Part shown: piece by piece, positions 10,516-23,872 of the stretch
How the letters are laid out: every line of letters begins with the position of its first letter
Numbering within the stretch: the stretch's first letter is position 1
Origin: Chrysomallon squamiferum
Lineage: Eukaryota > Animalia > Mollusca
Assembly: GCA_012295275.1 (NCBI GenBank)
Contig: CM022672.1
Coordinates: 22,754,001-22,818,000 of the forward strand
Direction: 5' to 3'
Length of the DNA: 64,000 nt
Translations under genes and position numbers: made by a program
Notes under the pieces: generated by a model
Databases searched by the model: none
What the model was told of the DNA's origin: nothing
What the model saw: the letters and a program-made list of their open reading frames with translations, nothing else

Positions 10516-11542
10516 TTGTTATTTTTGTTATCTCAGAGAAGGATTGATTTGTTAATTTTGCTAATTCATTGAAAATATTATACTTGGCATTTATCTCACT
10601 TTATATATATATATACATACTCATATCCCTAATGTAGCCTGTTAGTATTTAAATAAATAAATATCAAACAGGATTCAATTTTTTGGGGAGTGGTCAATTC
10701 TATCTTTGGTTATTAACATTTTAATTCATCAAAATTTAAAAGAAGTAAATTGATTTTTGTAATGGGAAAGAAATATTGAGTAAATATTACATAATGTCCT
10801 TCATTTATTTTATATTATTTATTTTAAATAATAATAATAATAATAATAACAATAAATGCATTTTTAAATATGTAAATATGTTTGAAATATATTGTGATAG
10901 ATTTGTGGTATTAGTGTTTGTTTATTGTAATCTTATTTGTTTTTTGATTGTTTAATCTCATTTGTATTTTCTCTATCATTATCTTAAGCATCTTTCATTC
11001 GTATGCAAATCATCTATGAACTGTTATTCTTAGCTGTTTTCTCAGACAAGGATTCCTTTGTTTATTTTGCTAATTCATTGAAAATATTATACTTGGTATT
11101 TCTCTCACTTTATCTCATATATATATATATAATCATATCATTAATGTGCCGTGTTAGTGTTTAATCTTAATATCAAACAGGATACATTTTCTTTGGGAGT
11201 GGTTAGTATTAGCTTTGGTTATTAACATTATAATTCATAATTTAAAGGAAATATATTGATTTTTGTAATGATAAAGAAATACTGAGTAAAAATAATTTCC
11301 TTCATTTTTCTTATTTTATTTATTTTAAATAATAATAATAATAATAATAAATGTTATGATACAAATTAAATGCATCTTTATATATGTAAATATGTTTGAA
11401 ATATATTATAATAAATGTGTACTAATAGTGTTTGTTTATTGTAATTTTATTTATTGTTTTTAGTTGTTGTTTTTTATCTTATTTGTATTTTCACTAACAT
11501 TGTCTTAATTATCTTTCATTTGTATGCAGAACATCTATAAAC
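10516..11542 (+). repeat. ~510-bp tandem duplication with two diverged units (paralogue of 3366-4271)
   Basis: Units start at ~10516 and ~11023; the second unit is clearly diverged from the first. Confidence 0.85.
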
Positions 11543-11744
11543 TAAATATAACTATGTATTTAATGCTTTTAAATTATCAATGTATGATGAGTTTATAAAT
11601 AAAGGTTTCAAATAATACTGTATATATATATATATATGTATATTTTATTTACTTATTTATTTAGTTTATTCATCTTTCATAAACAACTGTGATAACGGTA
11701 TCAAAGCAGTGACAATGAGACATCAGGAAATCTATAAAGAAAGC

Positions 11745-11834
11745 AAGAATTAATAATGAAACTAATCTGACTATTATAAATCTAAGAATTAATAATGAAA
11801 CTAATCTGACTATTATAAATCTAAGAATTAATAA
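11745..11834 (+). repeat. 39-bp tandem repeat, ~2.3 copies
   Basis: AAGAATTAATAATGAAACTAATCTGACTATTATAAATCT at 11745 and 11784, partial at 11823. Confidence 0.9.
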
Positions 11835-13102
11835 ATATCCTGGTGGTTTTCTAGTACTTGTTAGTTTGTAATAGTTTTACAAAATGTATGTTGGAGTTTG
11901 AAGTGTTAATTAGTTTTTTTTTACTGATTACTGATACAGACATTTTATTTTAGACAATAAAACTTTTTCTCTTTGTTTATTTAGTATTGTTTATTGAATA
12001 TTTTAAACCTGATATTTAATGCTCAAGTCTGTAATTTTTAATGACTGAAAGAATACATGGGTCATTGTTTTAGACCTGTCATCCTGAGCATCTGGTCATA
12101 GATTTGACTGATTAAAGAGTTTTCCCATTCCAGCTCATGCTCCACGACAAAGTGGTCAGAGATCATTTAAAAGAGCCCTAATTAAAAAATGAAGTAATCA
12201 GATTATTATGCTTTATAGAAAAATATTACACTGTGTTTTGAGTATAATTTAGTGTAACAGTAGGAACATATTCTATTTACATGTACATTCTTATTGTGTT
12301 TGCAGTTATGGTTAACGCCTGAAGATAAATGGACTGTTATTTTATTTATCATTTTCTGCAAGAAAATCAAACTTTCAATAAACGTAATGATGAATTATAA
12401 TTCAATGAAAGTTATTTCTAAGTCTTGTTCCACCATTTTGCAAACTATGTTGTTGTAACTGTAAAAAATGAGGAGAGAAAAACACTTCATTAAGATCCAT
12501 CTGAAGGATTTGTGCTTTGATTTTGTTTATGTTGACAAAAACAGTCAAAAGGTGAGAGAGGTGATATTGTTAGAGTTGTGGCCAATGACAAAACGGAGAT
12601 TTGTGTCTTTATTATTACAAAGAGTTATTTAAACAAAATAGTATAAAATTATAGATTATAAAAGAAATTGTTAATGGAGACATAAATTTTTTATAGACAG
12701 TTAAAAAAAATAATAATAATAAACAATAATAATATAATTTTAAAAAAGTAAATAAATAAATAAAAACTATTGCAATATGAATAACATATGGACAATTAGA
12801 TTACAATCAAATGACATTATATGTGGTAAATACACTTAATTTAAAAGTTACTGTGCAATATTTTATTATTATTATTATTTTTTTTTTTTTTTTTATAGTA
12901 AAATGATCTTTAGCTACTCATTAAACATCCATTAATTCATTTGTTAATTTGGTTTTCAGCTATCCACCTTACCCTGAATAACAAGAAAAACCCAGACTTG
13001 AAACCATCTGTAGATAACTGGTAAATCAGTATTTAAGATTTATGACATGAACATACCATTATCACGTGTTTTGTTTAAACACAAATACTCCATGGTTTAG
13101 AC

Positions 13103-13398
13103 CAGGTATGGGCGACCTTTTTCGAGAAGCGGGCCACATGACACATTGACTCTTCCTCAAGTACTAATTTAGGCGATTTTGTGTTTTTACGTAGAGTTTA
13201 TTTTAAGATATTTTTCATTTTCATTTACTTCAGGAACTGTTATAATTAAAAAAAAAAAAAAATCATTTGTTTAGTATATTAGTAGATATACAAGTAGAAT
13301 CATTTTATAGAATTTGAACTAACGTTATTTTCCTTGTGAAATTAGGCGGGCCACTCAGAAAGCCGCGCGGGCCGCATGGGGGCTGCTGTTTGCCTCTG
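13103..13398. mobile_element. hAT (Charlie/Buster-like) MITE inserted only in duplication copy B; right end damaged
   Basis: Left end CAGGTATGGGCGACCTTTT...GCGGGCCAC; right subterminal GCGGGCCGCATG...GTTTGCC. Preceded by GTTTAGAC (13095-13102, NNNTANNN). Absent at the paralogous site near 4655. Confidence 0.7.
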
Positions 13399-15941
13399 AC
13401 AGCCACACACACACATACAGACCAATTTTTCATTGAGACTGTATTATGTGACTATAGCTGCCATCTTTTTTATCTGAATTTTAGTGTTTTTTAAAATTGA
13501 AACACTTATTTTTAACATGAATGATACTAAATTGTTATTATTATTGTTAAAAACTTGAACACAGTCAACATCATCAGTCCAGCAGTGTAGTTGCAGTCAG
13601 ATGAAATAACTCCTTAAAACATTAGAATTTACTTCTTTTTTAAAAATGTAAAAAAAATAAAAATACATCAATTTTGTTTTTTTTAAAGTTTTAATCATTT
13701 GAAACATTGAAATATAACTTCTGTAAAATATAATGTATTCTACGTATTTTTTTATAGTTATTTTATTTAGTATTTTTATGCTTTGCTTTTGTCAAGGCAA
13801 GGAAAAGAGTGTATTTATGCACAGCCTATTGGAAAATGTGTGAAAACAAGCAGATTGTAAATAATAATTATTCTCTTAAGTATTTGCCAATACACACAGA
13901 GTACTGAGTATGAATGTCAACACACGGGATTACTCTTCTATAGACACTGCTGAAGACAGTTAAAATGGTAATTCATTCATTTTTTAAATTATTATTATGA
14001 AGTATTATTTCCCCCACCCCCAGCTATAAGAATTGCCCCAAACAAAATAAGCTGATATATAAGCATTATCACTGACCAGCTCTAATGGTAAGTATCTTGG
14101 ATTCAGATTATCATCGCACTGAAATCGTATGAAATTTATCATTCTTGGAGAGATTAGCTAGCTTCGGATCAGTGCAAATGTGTACATAATGACATCTGCA
14201 TATTGCCTAGCTTTTAAAGCGAATTTCTTGATACTTTGAAACCACAACAAGAGAAATATACGGGGTAACAAAAAACCATATTTTTAGAATTATAGGTTAT
14301 TAATTTTATACACCTAACCAAGATTGGGTAAAATGAAGTAATAGTAAATAAATAAATATTACTTTTTACGACTCGTTTCGATATTTTATGTTTTAATACT
14401 TTTGTTATAAGTATTTGCGCATGTCATAAATAACTACATGGTTTATAATAAGTAAGCTACATATTGTGTATGTGTTAAGCGATTTGAATGAAGAATAATA
14501 AAATGTAAACAATATTTGCTGCTGTTTTTTTCTTAACCTTTCTATTATTATTAGCGATGAGGCCTCAATTTCTTTTATAAATTGTCAACGAAAACATCTG
14601 AGAAATGATGAATGAACAGCAATAGCGAGCGCTAGAAAATAATAGTACTGCAACATTATTAAATAACTTTTATATTCATTAAATATTATTAAAATATTTT
14701 TGTAAAATTTAGTTAATTTAAGTACAAAAAAAAAAATAATAAAAAAAATTAAAAAAAAAAGTTGAATGTATTAACGCTTGCGTTTACAAAAGTCAGAACG
14801 GATAAAATATCGTTAGGCTCAGTTGATTTTGTGAAGAGTCGAAGTTTTGTACAAGTGATGTAAAACACATGCTTCAAAATTAGATTTTCTTTGGTAACTT
14901 TCTTGACATGTCGTGTTTTCTGTTTTTTTGTATCTGTCTTTATTTAGTCTTTTCGTTATAGTTTTACCTGTTTAATCTATGAACGTTTGATGTTTAGACA
15001 TCTCACTTTATTTATAAACATCATAATCTAAGTTACGTATTCCAGTCTATTTAACACAGCATGATAACTCAGTTGACATTAATGTTTACATCTGGTTTTG
15101 AATTAAACTGGTATGCGTCTTTTCACTCATGGGAAGATAACTGTAAGAAATATTGTCCATAAGACTTACAATATTACGTATAAACCGGTATCTTATAATT
15201 AAATATAATAAAACCAGTTATGCATTATCTTGCTAACTTTAGTTCACTTATAATTAATACCATTTCAATTAGAAATAAAAATAATAATAATAATAATAAA
15301 AATAAAAATATAAATTGTAATTATTATTTATTTTCTTCTTATATAATAGAGAAATAATAACCATTACTACGAAGGTAGTATTTGATGTTTTTAAAGTAAA
15401 TAATTCATAAAGTAGTCTGAGATATTTATTAATTTTAATGATTTTTGTAAATTAATTGTAATGGACTTACACCACCTATCAGGCCACACGGGCAGCCGGT
15501 AATTTAGCTGATCTAGACTGCCGAATGATTAATAATCGGAATACATCGACACGTATTTAGGACAGCCAGCACCATAGTGTTTTATAGTGCATTACTATGT
15601 TCACTGTCACGCGTGAATTTAATCAAATACATTTTAACTATCAACTACTACTGATAATAAATTTAAAAAAAAAATTAATTAATTAATTAATTAAACAAAA
15701 TAAAATAAAATATATAGCTATACATGGCAGTAAATATTTGTAATGTGTATTTGTTACAAAATATAATATTGTAAAATGCAGTTTTCACATGAGAAATAAA
15801 AATAGTTATCTCCGTGTTATTCATACCGAAACCCATATCTTAACAGGTTACCAACTATCTTCCTTTTCTGTTTCACTAAAATCGTTTTATTTTAATACAT
15901 CCTTTTTCCAAACAGTAATAGTACTAAAAATAACTCATATT

Positions 15942-16015
15942 GGGAAATCCGGAACATGACGTAGTAGCACGTTCGGCGGTAAATTTCCATGTTCTATTTA
16001 TAGTTAGGAATTACC
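15942..16015 (+). promoter_or_regulatory. IAP-C promoter with clustered kappaB-like sites and a CRE-like half site
   Basis: GGGAAATCC (15942-15950), TGACGT (15957-15962), GGTAAATTTCC (15978-15988) and GGAATTACC (16007-16015), all within 190 bp of the ATG. Confidence 0.55.
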
Positions 16016-16126
16016 GCTTGAAAAGGATGTATTCTGCAGGCGATAGTATTTAAGAGTTTGCTGAAGCTAGATAATTCATAAGTTTGTTAAATTAAAAGAG
16101 AATTCCGGGAAGCAAAAGTAACCACA

Positions 16127-16852
16127 ATGATTGCTTTTCAAAGGTCAAGATTACCAGTCGAGAAACTACTTCCAAATCGGAGATATCGAGAATCGGAAAG
16201 CGAGCATCATGACGGGCTGACTGCTATAGAATCTGCTAGGTCAATGAAGTCCGAAAAGCAACGACTGGATACATTTTGGAACTGGCCGGCTTTTGCAAAT
16301 CAACATCCGAAGTCTCTTGCTAAAGCTGGATTTTACTATACCGGAATTTCAGACAGAGTTAAGTGCCCTTTTTGCAGCGGGATTTTGAAAAACTGGAAGG
16401 CGTCAGACGATCCTGTAACTGAACACTGGTCTCATTTTCCCTATTGTTCCTTCGTACGCGACCACTGCTTCGACAACATCCATAGCTCGAAATGTAAAAC
16501 AGGTGGCCAGAACATGAAAACACCGCTATCACTGGACATGAAAACAGAAGAAAACAGAGTTAAAACATTCACTGTCTGGCCTTCACATCTGGAGCAGACA
16601 CCGCATGCTCTTGCTCGTGCAGGTTTTTATTTCTGCGGAGACAGGCAGAAGAAGGACAGAGTTAAATGTGCTTATTGTAATGGAAGACTGTACGACTGGC
16701 AGCCCGGAGATGATCCTTGGCTGGAACATGCCCGATACTTTCCACAGTGTCCTTACATCAAACTCTGTCTAGGAGAAGAATATATTAATGATATACAAGA
16801 ACAAATAGGTGTTGCAATTAATCAAAGGTTTGTTTATATTCGTATTTTATTT

Positions 16853-16894
<42 letters not shown>

Positions 16895-17749
16895 TTAATG
16901 ATAATGATGATCGTTTAGATTCAGGTGTTTACAAAGTAAATTTTTCTCAGCATTTAGGTATAGTTGTTTTTATCGATGATAACTGAAATGATTAAGAACT
17001 AATTTCTTTATTTCAATTGAAATAAGCATCATTTATATGGAGGTAACTGATAACGAGCCTGTTAACAGAGAAAGTCTATACCCATCATTTTCTTGTATTC
17101 TTACGACATGTATTGATGGTGATATTTATTAAAAAAAAAAAATATATATATATATATTATTTTTGAAATTATTAACCTTCATCATTAGTTGACAATTAAC
17201 GTTTGCATTTTCAGTGAGCCAAAAAATAGCAATTTCCGTGAATTTATGTGCAATGATCAAACTTCATCCGCGACCTGCACACCATCAGCAGCAGCAGCAG
17301 TCGTTATTTCCAAGAATCAACAAATAAAAAGAGAAACTGAAACTATCATGAAGAGCTGTCAGGTAGAAGCGGTGCTCGAACTCGGATACTCGAGAGATCT
17401 AGTCGAGTCGGTTATCGAATCTAGGTTAAGAGATAAAGGAGAAGGTTTCGCTAATGCTGAAGAATTGGCGTCTGTTGTCATGGAAATGGAAAGCGATAGA
17501 AAAAATGAAATCTGTGAAAGAAACGAAGTAAAACATTACCTTAACACATTCACGGCAAGTTATGAAGAAAAAAGTGGAAATCTAGTCAGTTATAACAGAT
17601 ATCTGTGTAAGGTTTGTATGGAAAACAAATGTCAAATGACATTTGCACCGTGCGGCCATCTTGTTTGTTGTGGTCAGTGCGCTCTTGTCGTGGACAATTG
17701 TCCAGTATGTAGAACCACCGTATCTGGAATGATTAAAACATTTTACTAA
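16127..17749 (+). CDS. IAP-C: BIR-BIR-UBA-RING E3 ubiquitin ligase IAP (~411 aa)
   Basis: Exons 16127-16827 and 17215-17749, phase-2 GT-AG intron. BIRs CPFC..EHWSHFPYC and CAYC..EHARYFPQC; UBA QVEAVLELGY; RING CKVC..PCGHLVCCGQC..CPVC. Confidence 0.93.
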
Positions 17750-19044
17750 TTGTCATGTTCAATACGTTTTGTAAATCAAACTTTCAGTATAATATCTGTG
17801 ATATACAATAGGCAGCAGAACATTTAAGCAATGCATTATATTTTATTTACTATTTCCAAAATATCTAATACTGAACATTTAATATTAATTACCAGGGCTG
17901 TTTTCAACCCATTTGTTACTGTATTTTTATAATAAATTTGTTTTTATTTACTCTAGATTTTAAATCGTATTAAATATGTTTGTTTATTTCGGAGAGTGTA
18001 TTCGTGCGCTCTGTCTTTGTATCTGTGTGGGCGCCTTTTTGTATGAGATACGGATAGACTACGATTGTACCCGTATGTATATGTGGATGCATGCATGGAT
18101 ATATAATGATAAGCATGTACTATACAGTTATATCAGATAGTGAATATGTTTATGTACACGTATGTATGTGTCTCCTTTTCTTCCTCCTTCTTCATATTGT
18201 TATTTATTTTAATGGCCAGTAAATGAATAAATAAATAAACAAATATAATAATTTGCCTAAATAATAAAATTAATCGTTGTGTTCTTCTTTTTTCTTTTTT
18301 CTGCGTGTTTGTTTGTTTTTGTTTTGTTTTGTTTTGTTTTTTTTTTCCTTTTATTTGTTTTTTTTAATTTTTTTTTTATTTTTTATTATTATTATTATTT
18401 TGGGGTTTTTTGGTACATTATTATGAAGAATAACCAGTATAAAATAAAATTAATAGTTGTTCTCTTTTGGGTTTCTGCATGTTTTTGTTTCAAAATAAAA
18501 TATAAATCGGTGATAAAGCTAACGAGAAAATCTGCACTTTTATCACGGTCTTTTACAAATAAGACATACGAACTTTTTGTATTTAGATTATATTTATAAT
18601 GTTGATTTCAGAAGCGGCTAAACTACGCTGAAAATTAAATTCACTAATCGTAATGAATCGTAGACAAGAATCCCCATATCCTACATGATTTCTTAAAATG
18701 CAGATAAAAATCTCGTATTTACTACAATTTACTAAAATGTTGAGAAAACACACAAACTATACGATTTTTCAACATGTTGATTAAAAGTCTGCTTATGTAT
18801 ATTTTGTTAAAAAGTATTTACACGACTTACTGTTTTATAAGAGAAAGAGAAACTGATAACAATAATCTCTTCTTATATGTTCAGTTTACTGAGAAGATAT
18901 CCTAGACTATTACTGTATTCTTTCAAGTATTAATTGCAGCAGATAATTCCCGATAATTACTTTGTTGAGGTTATAATTATTACTGATTATTGAAATAAGT
19001 ATGTATTATCAGTAACGGTTCAGTAGAGAGGATGGGGTAGGAAT

Positions 19045-19045
<1 letters not shown>

Positions 19046-19090
<45 letters not shown>
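19046..19090. repeat. (CA)n microsatellite followed by (TA)n tracts
   Basis: Direct inspection. Confidence 0.95.
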
Positions 19091-19091
<1 letters not shown>

Positions 19092-19763
19092 CACACGATA
19101 TATATATAAATATATATATATATATAATTTGCATATTTTACATTCACATTTGAATATATATATATATATATTCACATATGAATGTAAAACATGCAAACTA
19201 TGGACACATCTGGCTGTCAAAACATGAATTAATTCATTCTAGTCATACCTAAGTTATTTTTTCAGCAGGATTTGTCAAGTTCATGGTGATGACGTCTGTG
19301 TAATCCGTAGAGCAGTTAAACAATAATCTGCCAACTACAGCGATCTACAATTCTGGTAATTAATTTTAATCGTTAGTGTTAATCTTTTGAAATGTCATTT
19401 ATTTTTCTCGTTCATGACAGGATAGGACACCGGATATAATCATTATTATGAATAATATTATAATGTATAAAATGAAATTAATTTTAAATTAAAAAAAATA
19501 ATAATAATAAAAAAAAAAAAAATTAAATAAAACAACAGGTATCCATTTATGGGCAAAACGATAATAAAATATAAATTCTTTTTTTAATTGATAGTGTTTA
19601 AATAACGAACAGGCAATTGTTATAACAAATGTAAACTGTTCTTTAAAGTTAAAGTAAGGAAGACCAATCGATGAAGATTGCACTGAGAAGTATATTTCAT
19701 TACACAAAGCTGTTTAGACCAAATACACTTGAGGTGGACAAGATTTCACTCATGTAACTGTGC

Positions 19764-19794
<31 letters not shown>

Positions 19795-20503
19795 ATAGAA
19801 ATTTACTTTTGTTATTCTGTGTATTTATTATTTATTTGTTTATGTATTTATTTATTTTTAATTTTTTTATTATTTCTTATTGTTTTTGTTGTTGTTGTTG
19901 TTGTTATTATTATTTTTTTTTTTTTTTATCTTTCACCTTAGTGGATAATGCCAGTAAATATTATCAAATTCGATCCACAACACACGCTTCAAGTAGACTT
20001 GCCTAAAAAAACATTACTTATATTTCGACTATCAGAAATTTGCTAAGAATATTCATTAGCAGAAGTAAAATTGTTCCCTTACATTGCTGTTTTTGCTTCT
20101 TGTCTGTCGAAACAATAATAAACTGATTATTTAAACACCAACTATTCAAAGCAGAACTAAGATTTATTACATGTCATCAAGATGATGTGAGAACTTACAG
20201 TGATGCAATAATGAGTGATACAATTCCAGGGAATATGTATATAATAACAGTCTAAGTCTACAGATATTATTCATATTATGCATAATTCCTGAGTTATTCA
20301 GACATTATACACAATACCTGGTTATACCTGTACAGACACACACACAGATTCAGTAGTTTGTGTTATGGTTTTTTCGGATGATAATTCATACATCTGTTAC
20401 TTCAGTTTATTTCTGTTTAAGCGGAATATTCCACTTTTAGCTGGGGGATGTCAGTTATTTATGATGCAGGCAAACTAGCTAAGTTTAAATAGGGCTGTAG
20501 GCA

Positions 20504-20546
<43 letters not shown>

Positions 20547-20671
20547 CAAGAAACAGCTGTAGTTTTTTATCTTTATTTTTATTTTTATTTTTTTTTAATT
20601 ATAATTTTTGTTGTTGTTGTTGTTGTTGTTTTTGTTCCCATAATATTATCCAGTCACCAAAATTTCCAATT

Positions 20672-20682
20672 GGGAAATTCCC
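20672..20682. promoter_or_regulatory. Consensus NF-kappaB site GGGAAATTCCC, candidate IAP-D promoter or enhancer
   Basis: Canonical 11-bp kappaB sequence, ~30 bp before a strong donor-like CAG/GTAGGT (20710/20711). The IAP-D coding exon begins at a splice acceptor, so upstream non-coding exon(s) are expected. Confidence 0.5.
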
Positions 20683-21167
20683 TAGACAACTTTTTTTTGT
20701 TGAGCTGCAGGTAGGTTAGTATTGTAAATAAGTCTGTAGCATATTAAAGCATACAAGATTCAGTGTTATTTAATGAAAAGTAATGTGTTTTTCTGCTGAA
20801 GAATACAAGTGAATGATGCATCATTTTAATTTTATACCGATTGTTTTACTGCCGAGTAATGTCTCTTCCGTTTCAGTTTAATAAATTATGGTTTGACAAA
20901 TATGAAACAGGTTTTTTTGCTTGGCTTTTGGCATCAGCTTGCTATATAACTAACAAACTAAATAAATAAATAAATAAATAAGTAAATAAGTACTATCCTT
21001 GCATAATTCTTTTCAGCATCAATTTATTATTATTAGTCCGCACATCGTTATTAAACGAAAGCAGCGTATGTAATCGCCATTAATTTTCATTATTATTACT
21101 AAAGTCGTTATAATAATAATAATAAACAAACATAATTTATATGGCAAATATATATATATACATCAAA

Positions 21168-21737
21168 AAATTAAAATGCTAGTTTCTTGATAAAAATCAA
21201 GCAAAAAAACGTTTTATATATATATTTTTTTTTTTTCTTTTCTTATTATATTATAATATTTTAATGCCTTTAACATTATTTTATGATTATATTGAATTTA
21301 ATTTTTCCTTCTTAAACATATCCGTGTTTTCTTTATTTTTCTTTCTTTCTTTCTTTTTCCTTTTATTTTCTTTTCCTTTCATTCCACGTTTTCTTCGAAA
21401 AAAGAATGTGAAAATAGAAATTTCGATACCAATGCCGATTATTCTGAGCCTATATTTGGCTTTTGAGTAATGTGTTTCCGACAGATGGAAATAACCATGA
21501 ATGTGTTCTTGCAACTGGAAGTAGAACTGCGAAATATTCTTAATAGGTAGGTTGATAATTTTTATTTATTTACTTATTATCGTTATCTCTTTTTTATTAT
21601 TTTTATTATTATTACGTTTTTTTGTTATGGTTGTTGTTGTTGTTGTTGTAATCCCAAACAGAATTTTTTAAAATGTGGAAATCAATAATATTCATGCACT
21701 TGATTCTGTTGAATATTTGAGAGAAAAATAATAATAA

Positions 21738-21768
<31 letters not shown>

Positions 21769-21913
21769 AAGAAGAAAATATCTATGATTTATATGTGTAC
21801 ATATTTGTTAAATTAAGAAAGAATTCCGGGTGAGTTTAATAAATATTGGTCTGACACAACTGAAAAGGTTTTTTTTTTGCTTGATTTTTATCAAGAAACG
21901 AGCATTTTAATTT
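21168..21913. repeat. 42-bp inverted repeat pair ~660 bp apart (MITE-like or fold-back)
   Basis: AAATTAAAATGCTAGTTTCTTGATAAAAATCAAGCAAAAAAA (21168-21209) is the reverse complement of 21872-21913 with one mismatch. Confidence 0.85.
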
Positions 21914-22267
21914 GTTTTATTTATTTATATAATTATACAAATATTTAACTTTTTGTGTGTGTATATATAGATATACACACATACACACAGAGACACACAC
22001 ACTCACAAAACATAGATGGTAAGATTTCCTGCTGATCATTCCTCCACTATTCACACTTTCTTAGTTCAACAATATATTTATTTAAAAGTGGAACTTTCAT
22101 GAAGCATATGCCATATACTTTACCAGTAATAATAATCACAAACACGTGTTTAAATTACAGGTTCATGAGGATATTTGGAGATAAAGAGGGAACCCCTTTT
22201 CGTGTGACCGCTTTCACATATGAAAGGTAAAATAAAATTTAAAAAAATAATAATAATAATACATAAA

Positions 22268-22386
<119 letters not shown>

Positions 22387-22656
22387 GAAATGAAATTTTC
22401 TTTCGTATAAACAAATTACAAACAGTCGCTGTTATTCAAAGGGTTATGGCCCGCGAAGTCGATAACTTAATCTTAAAATAAATGATCTTAAAATTATGTC
22501 TGCTTAGTGGGACAAGCTGATATGTACCAGTGAGTATCTGTCAACGTCCTGGGATTCATTAATTGCCATTTTACCTGGTTGACGGTGTCCGCAGTCAAAA
22601 GGTAACAACGAGAAGTTACTGTGCCGCAGCTATTACTGCTACTACTATTATTACTA

Positions 22657-22955
22657 CAATTCAATTTCAGTTCAGTTTATTTATTTGCCAAAGTCAGCAT
22701 GATTATAAACACAAAACAGACAAGAATACAGTTAGAAAACAAAAATAGTTGTGTAATACGTTACAGTATACAAAAACAGGAATAAAAAATTTAAAGTAAG
22801 AATTAGGATAATAAAAATATAAACTTTTTTGAAAACAAAAGAATGATTTTGTTAAAAGTAGATGGTCTTGTATCCAAATATTTCTTTAAATGTGATAATA
22901 TCATTATAAAATAAACATTTTTTTTTTTGCAAAATGGAATTCATCTTCAAAGTCT
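22657..22955 (-). mobile_element. 3' remnant of a CR1/L2-group LINE
   Basis: Minus strand gives fragments DFEDEFHF and KYLDTRPSTFN, typical of the ORF2 C-terminus, and ends in AATAAA plus a (CTGAA/TTGAA)n tail at ~22657-22685. Confidence 0.5.
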
Positions 22956-23123
22956 CCACTGTCACACACACACACACACAAACCAACAACAAAAAACCCA
23001 ACACCAATGCATCCACTAAGAAGGTTCGATCCTGTGAGTCAAGTATCCCACTAGAAAGGCTCTACCGATCAAGGTTAATCCGAATTCATATTGCTGGTTA
23101 CATTGTGGGTATTACAGATCTAA

Positions 23124-23154
<31 letters not shown>

Positions 23155-23420
23155 ATGTTCTTGTCAGTTGTGAAGATCAGTATTAGGTCTCATCCTTCAA
23201 TTCAGTGTAGAAAAGAATCTCCTCCCTCGGATATCCTGTCTTGTCTGGGGTAGTCCGGGTAGGGTTTTGTGTCGCTGTCGGTATAGTATCGTCTTCTTGG
23301 AACTAAAATGAGGAATCTCGGCTAACATTCCTAACATTCTACTTCAGGGTTCTCATCTCATTGTTAACAGAAAAGGCGTCTCGTTACTGCAGCGCTGAAC
23401 TTATAAACCAATTAGAAATG

Positions 23421-23532
23421 TCTACGTCCCGGCAGTTTTATTATTCTACGTCCCGGTACTTTTATTATTCTACGTCCCGGTACTTTTATTATTCTACGTC
23501 CCGGTACTTTTATTATTCTACGTCCCGGTACT
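23421..23532 (+). repeat. 24-bp minisatellite, ~4.7 copies
   Basis: Unit TCTACGTCCCGGTACTTTTATTAT at 23421, 23445, 23469, 23493 and 23517 (partial); no spacers. Confidence 0.95.
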
Positions 23533-23693
23533 AAACAAAAGAGATTTGTGGACTTCCCGGGCCGATATCATTCAAAGCATATCAGTCTGCTGGGGTCGTT
23601 ATAGTACCAAAAGCTAACTTCTTGAATAAGAATATCAGTATAATTAGTTGGCTTTTGTTTTTGTTCTTGATTATATTTATTTATTTATTTATT

Positions 23694-23732
<39 letters not shown>

Positions 23733-23812
23733 TTTTAAATTTTTTAAAGGGGGATTTTTGGCATGTGTATGTTATGTCTTGTTGTTATTACTGGTGTGTG
23801 TGGACTGTGTAT

Positions 23813-23818
<6 letters not shown>

Positions 23819-23870
<52 letters not shown>
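23819..23870. repeat. (GT)n microsatellite
   Basis: Direct inspection. Confidence 0.95.

Positions 23871-23872
<2 letters not shown>

Larger units (their letters stand above)
8136..15270 (+). repeat. Tandem segmental duplication, copy B (IAP-B plus downstream DNA)
   Basis: Colinear with 867-7690; see copy A. Confidence 0.9.

Noticed and set aside
18279-21514. Hydrophobic F/Y/I-rich ORFs resembling membrane peptides
   Set aside because: Low-complexity T-rich sequence with no domain signal or coding-like composition.
23421-23532. 24-bp repeats as a CRISPR array
   Set aside because: Units are head-to-tail with no unique spacers, there are no cas genes, and the context is eukaryotic.
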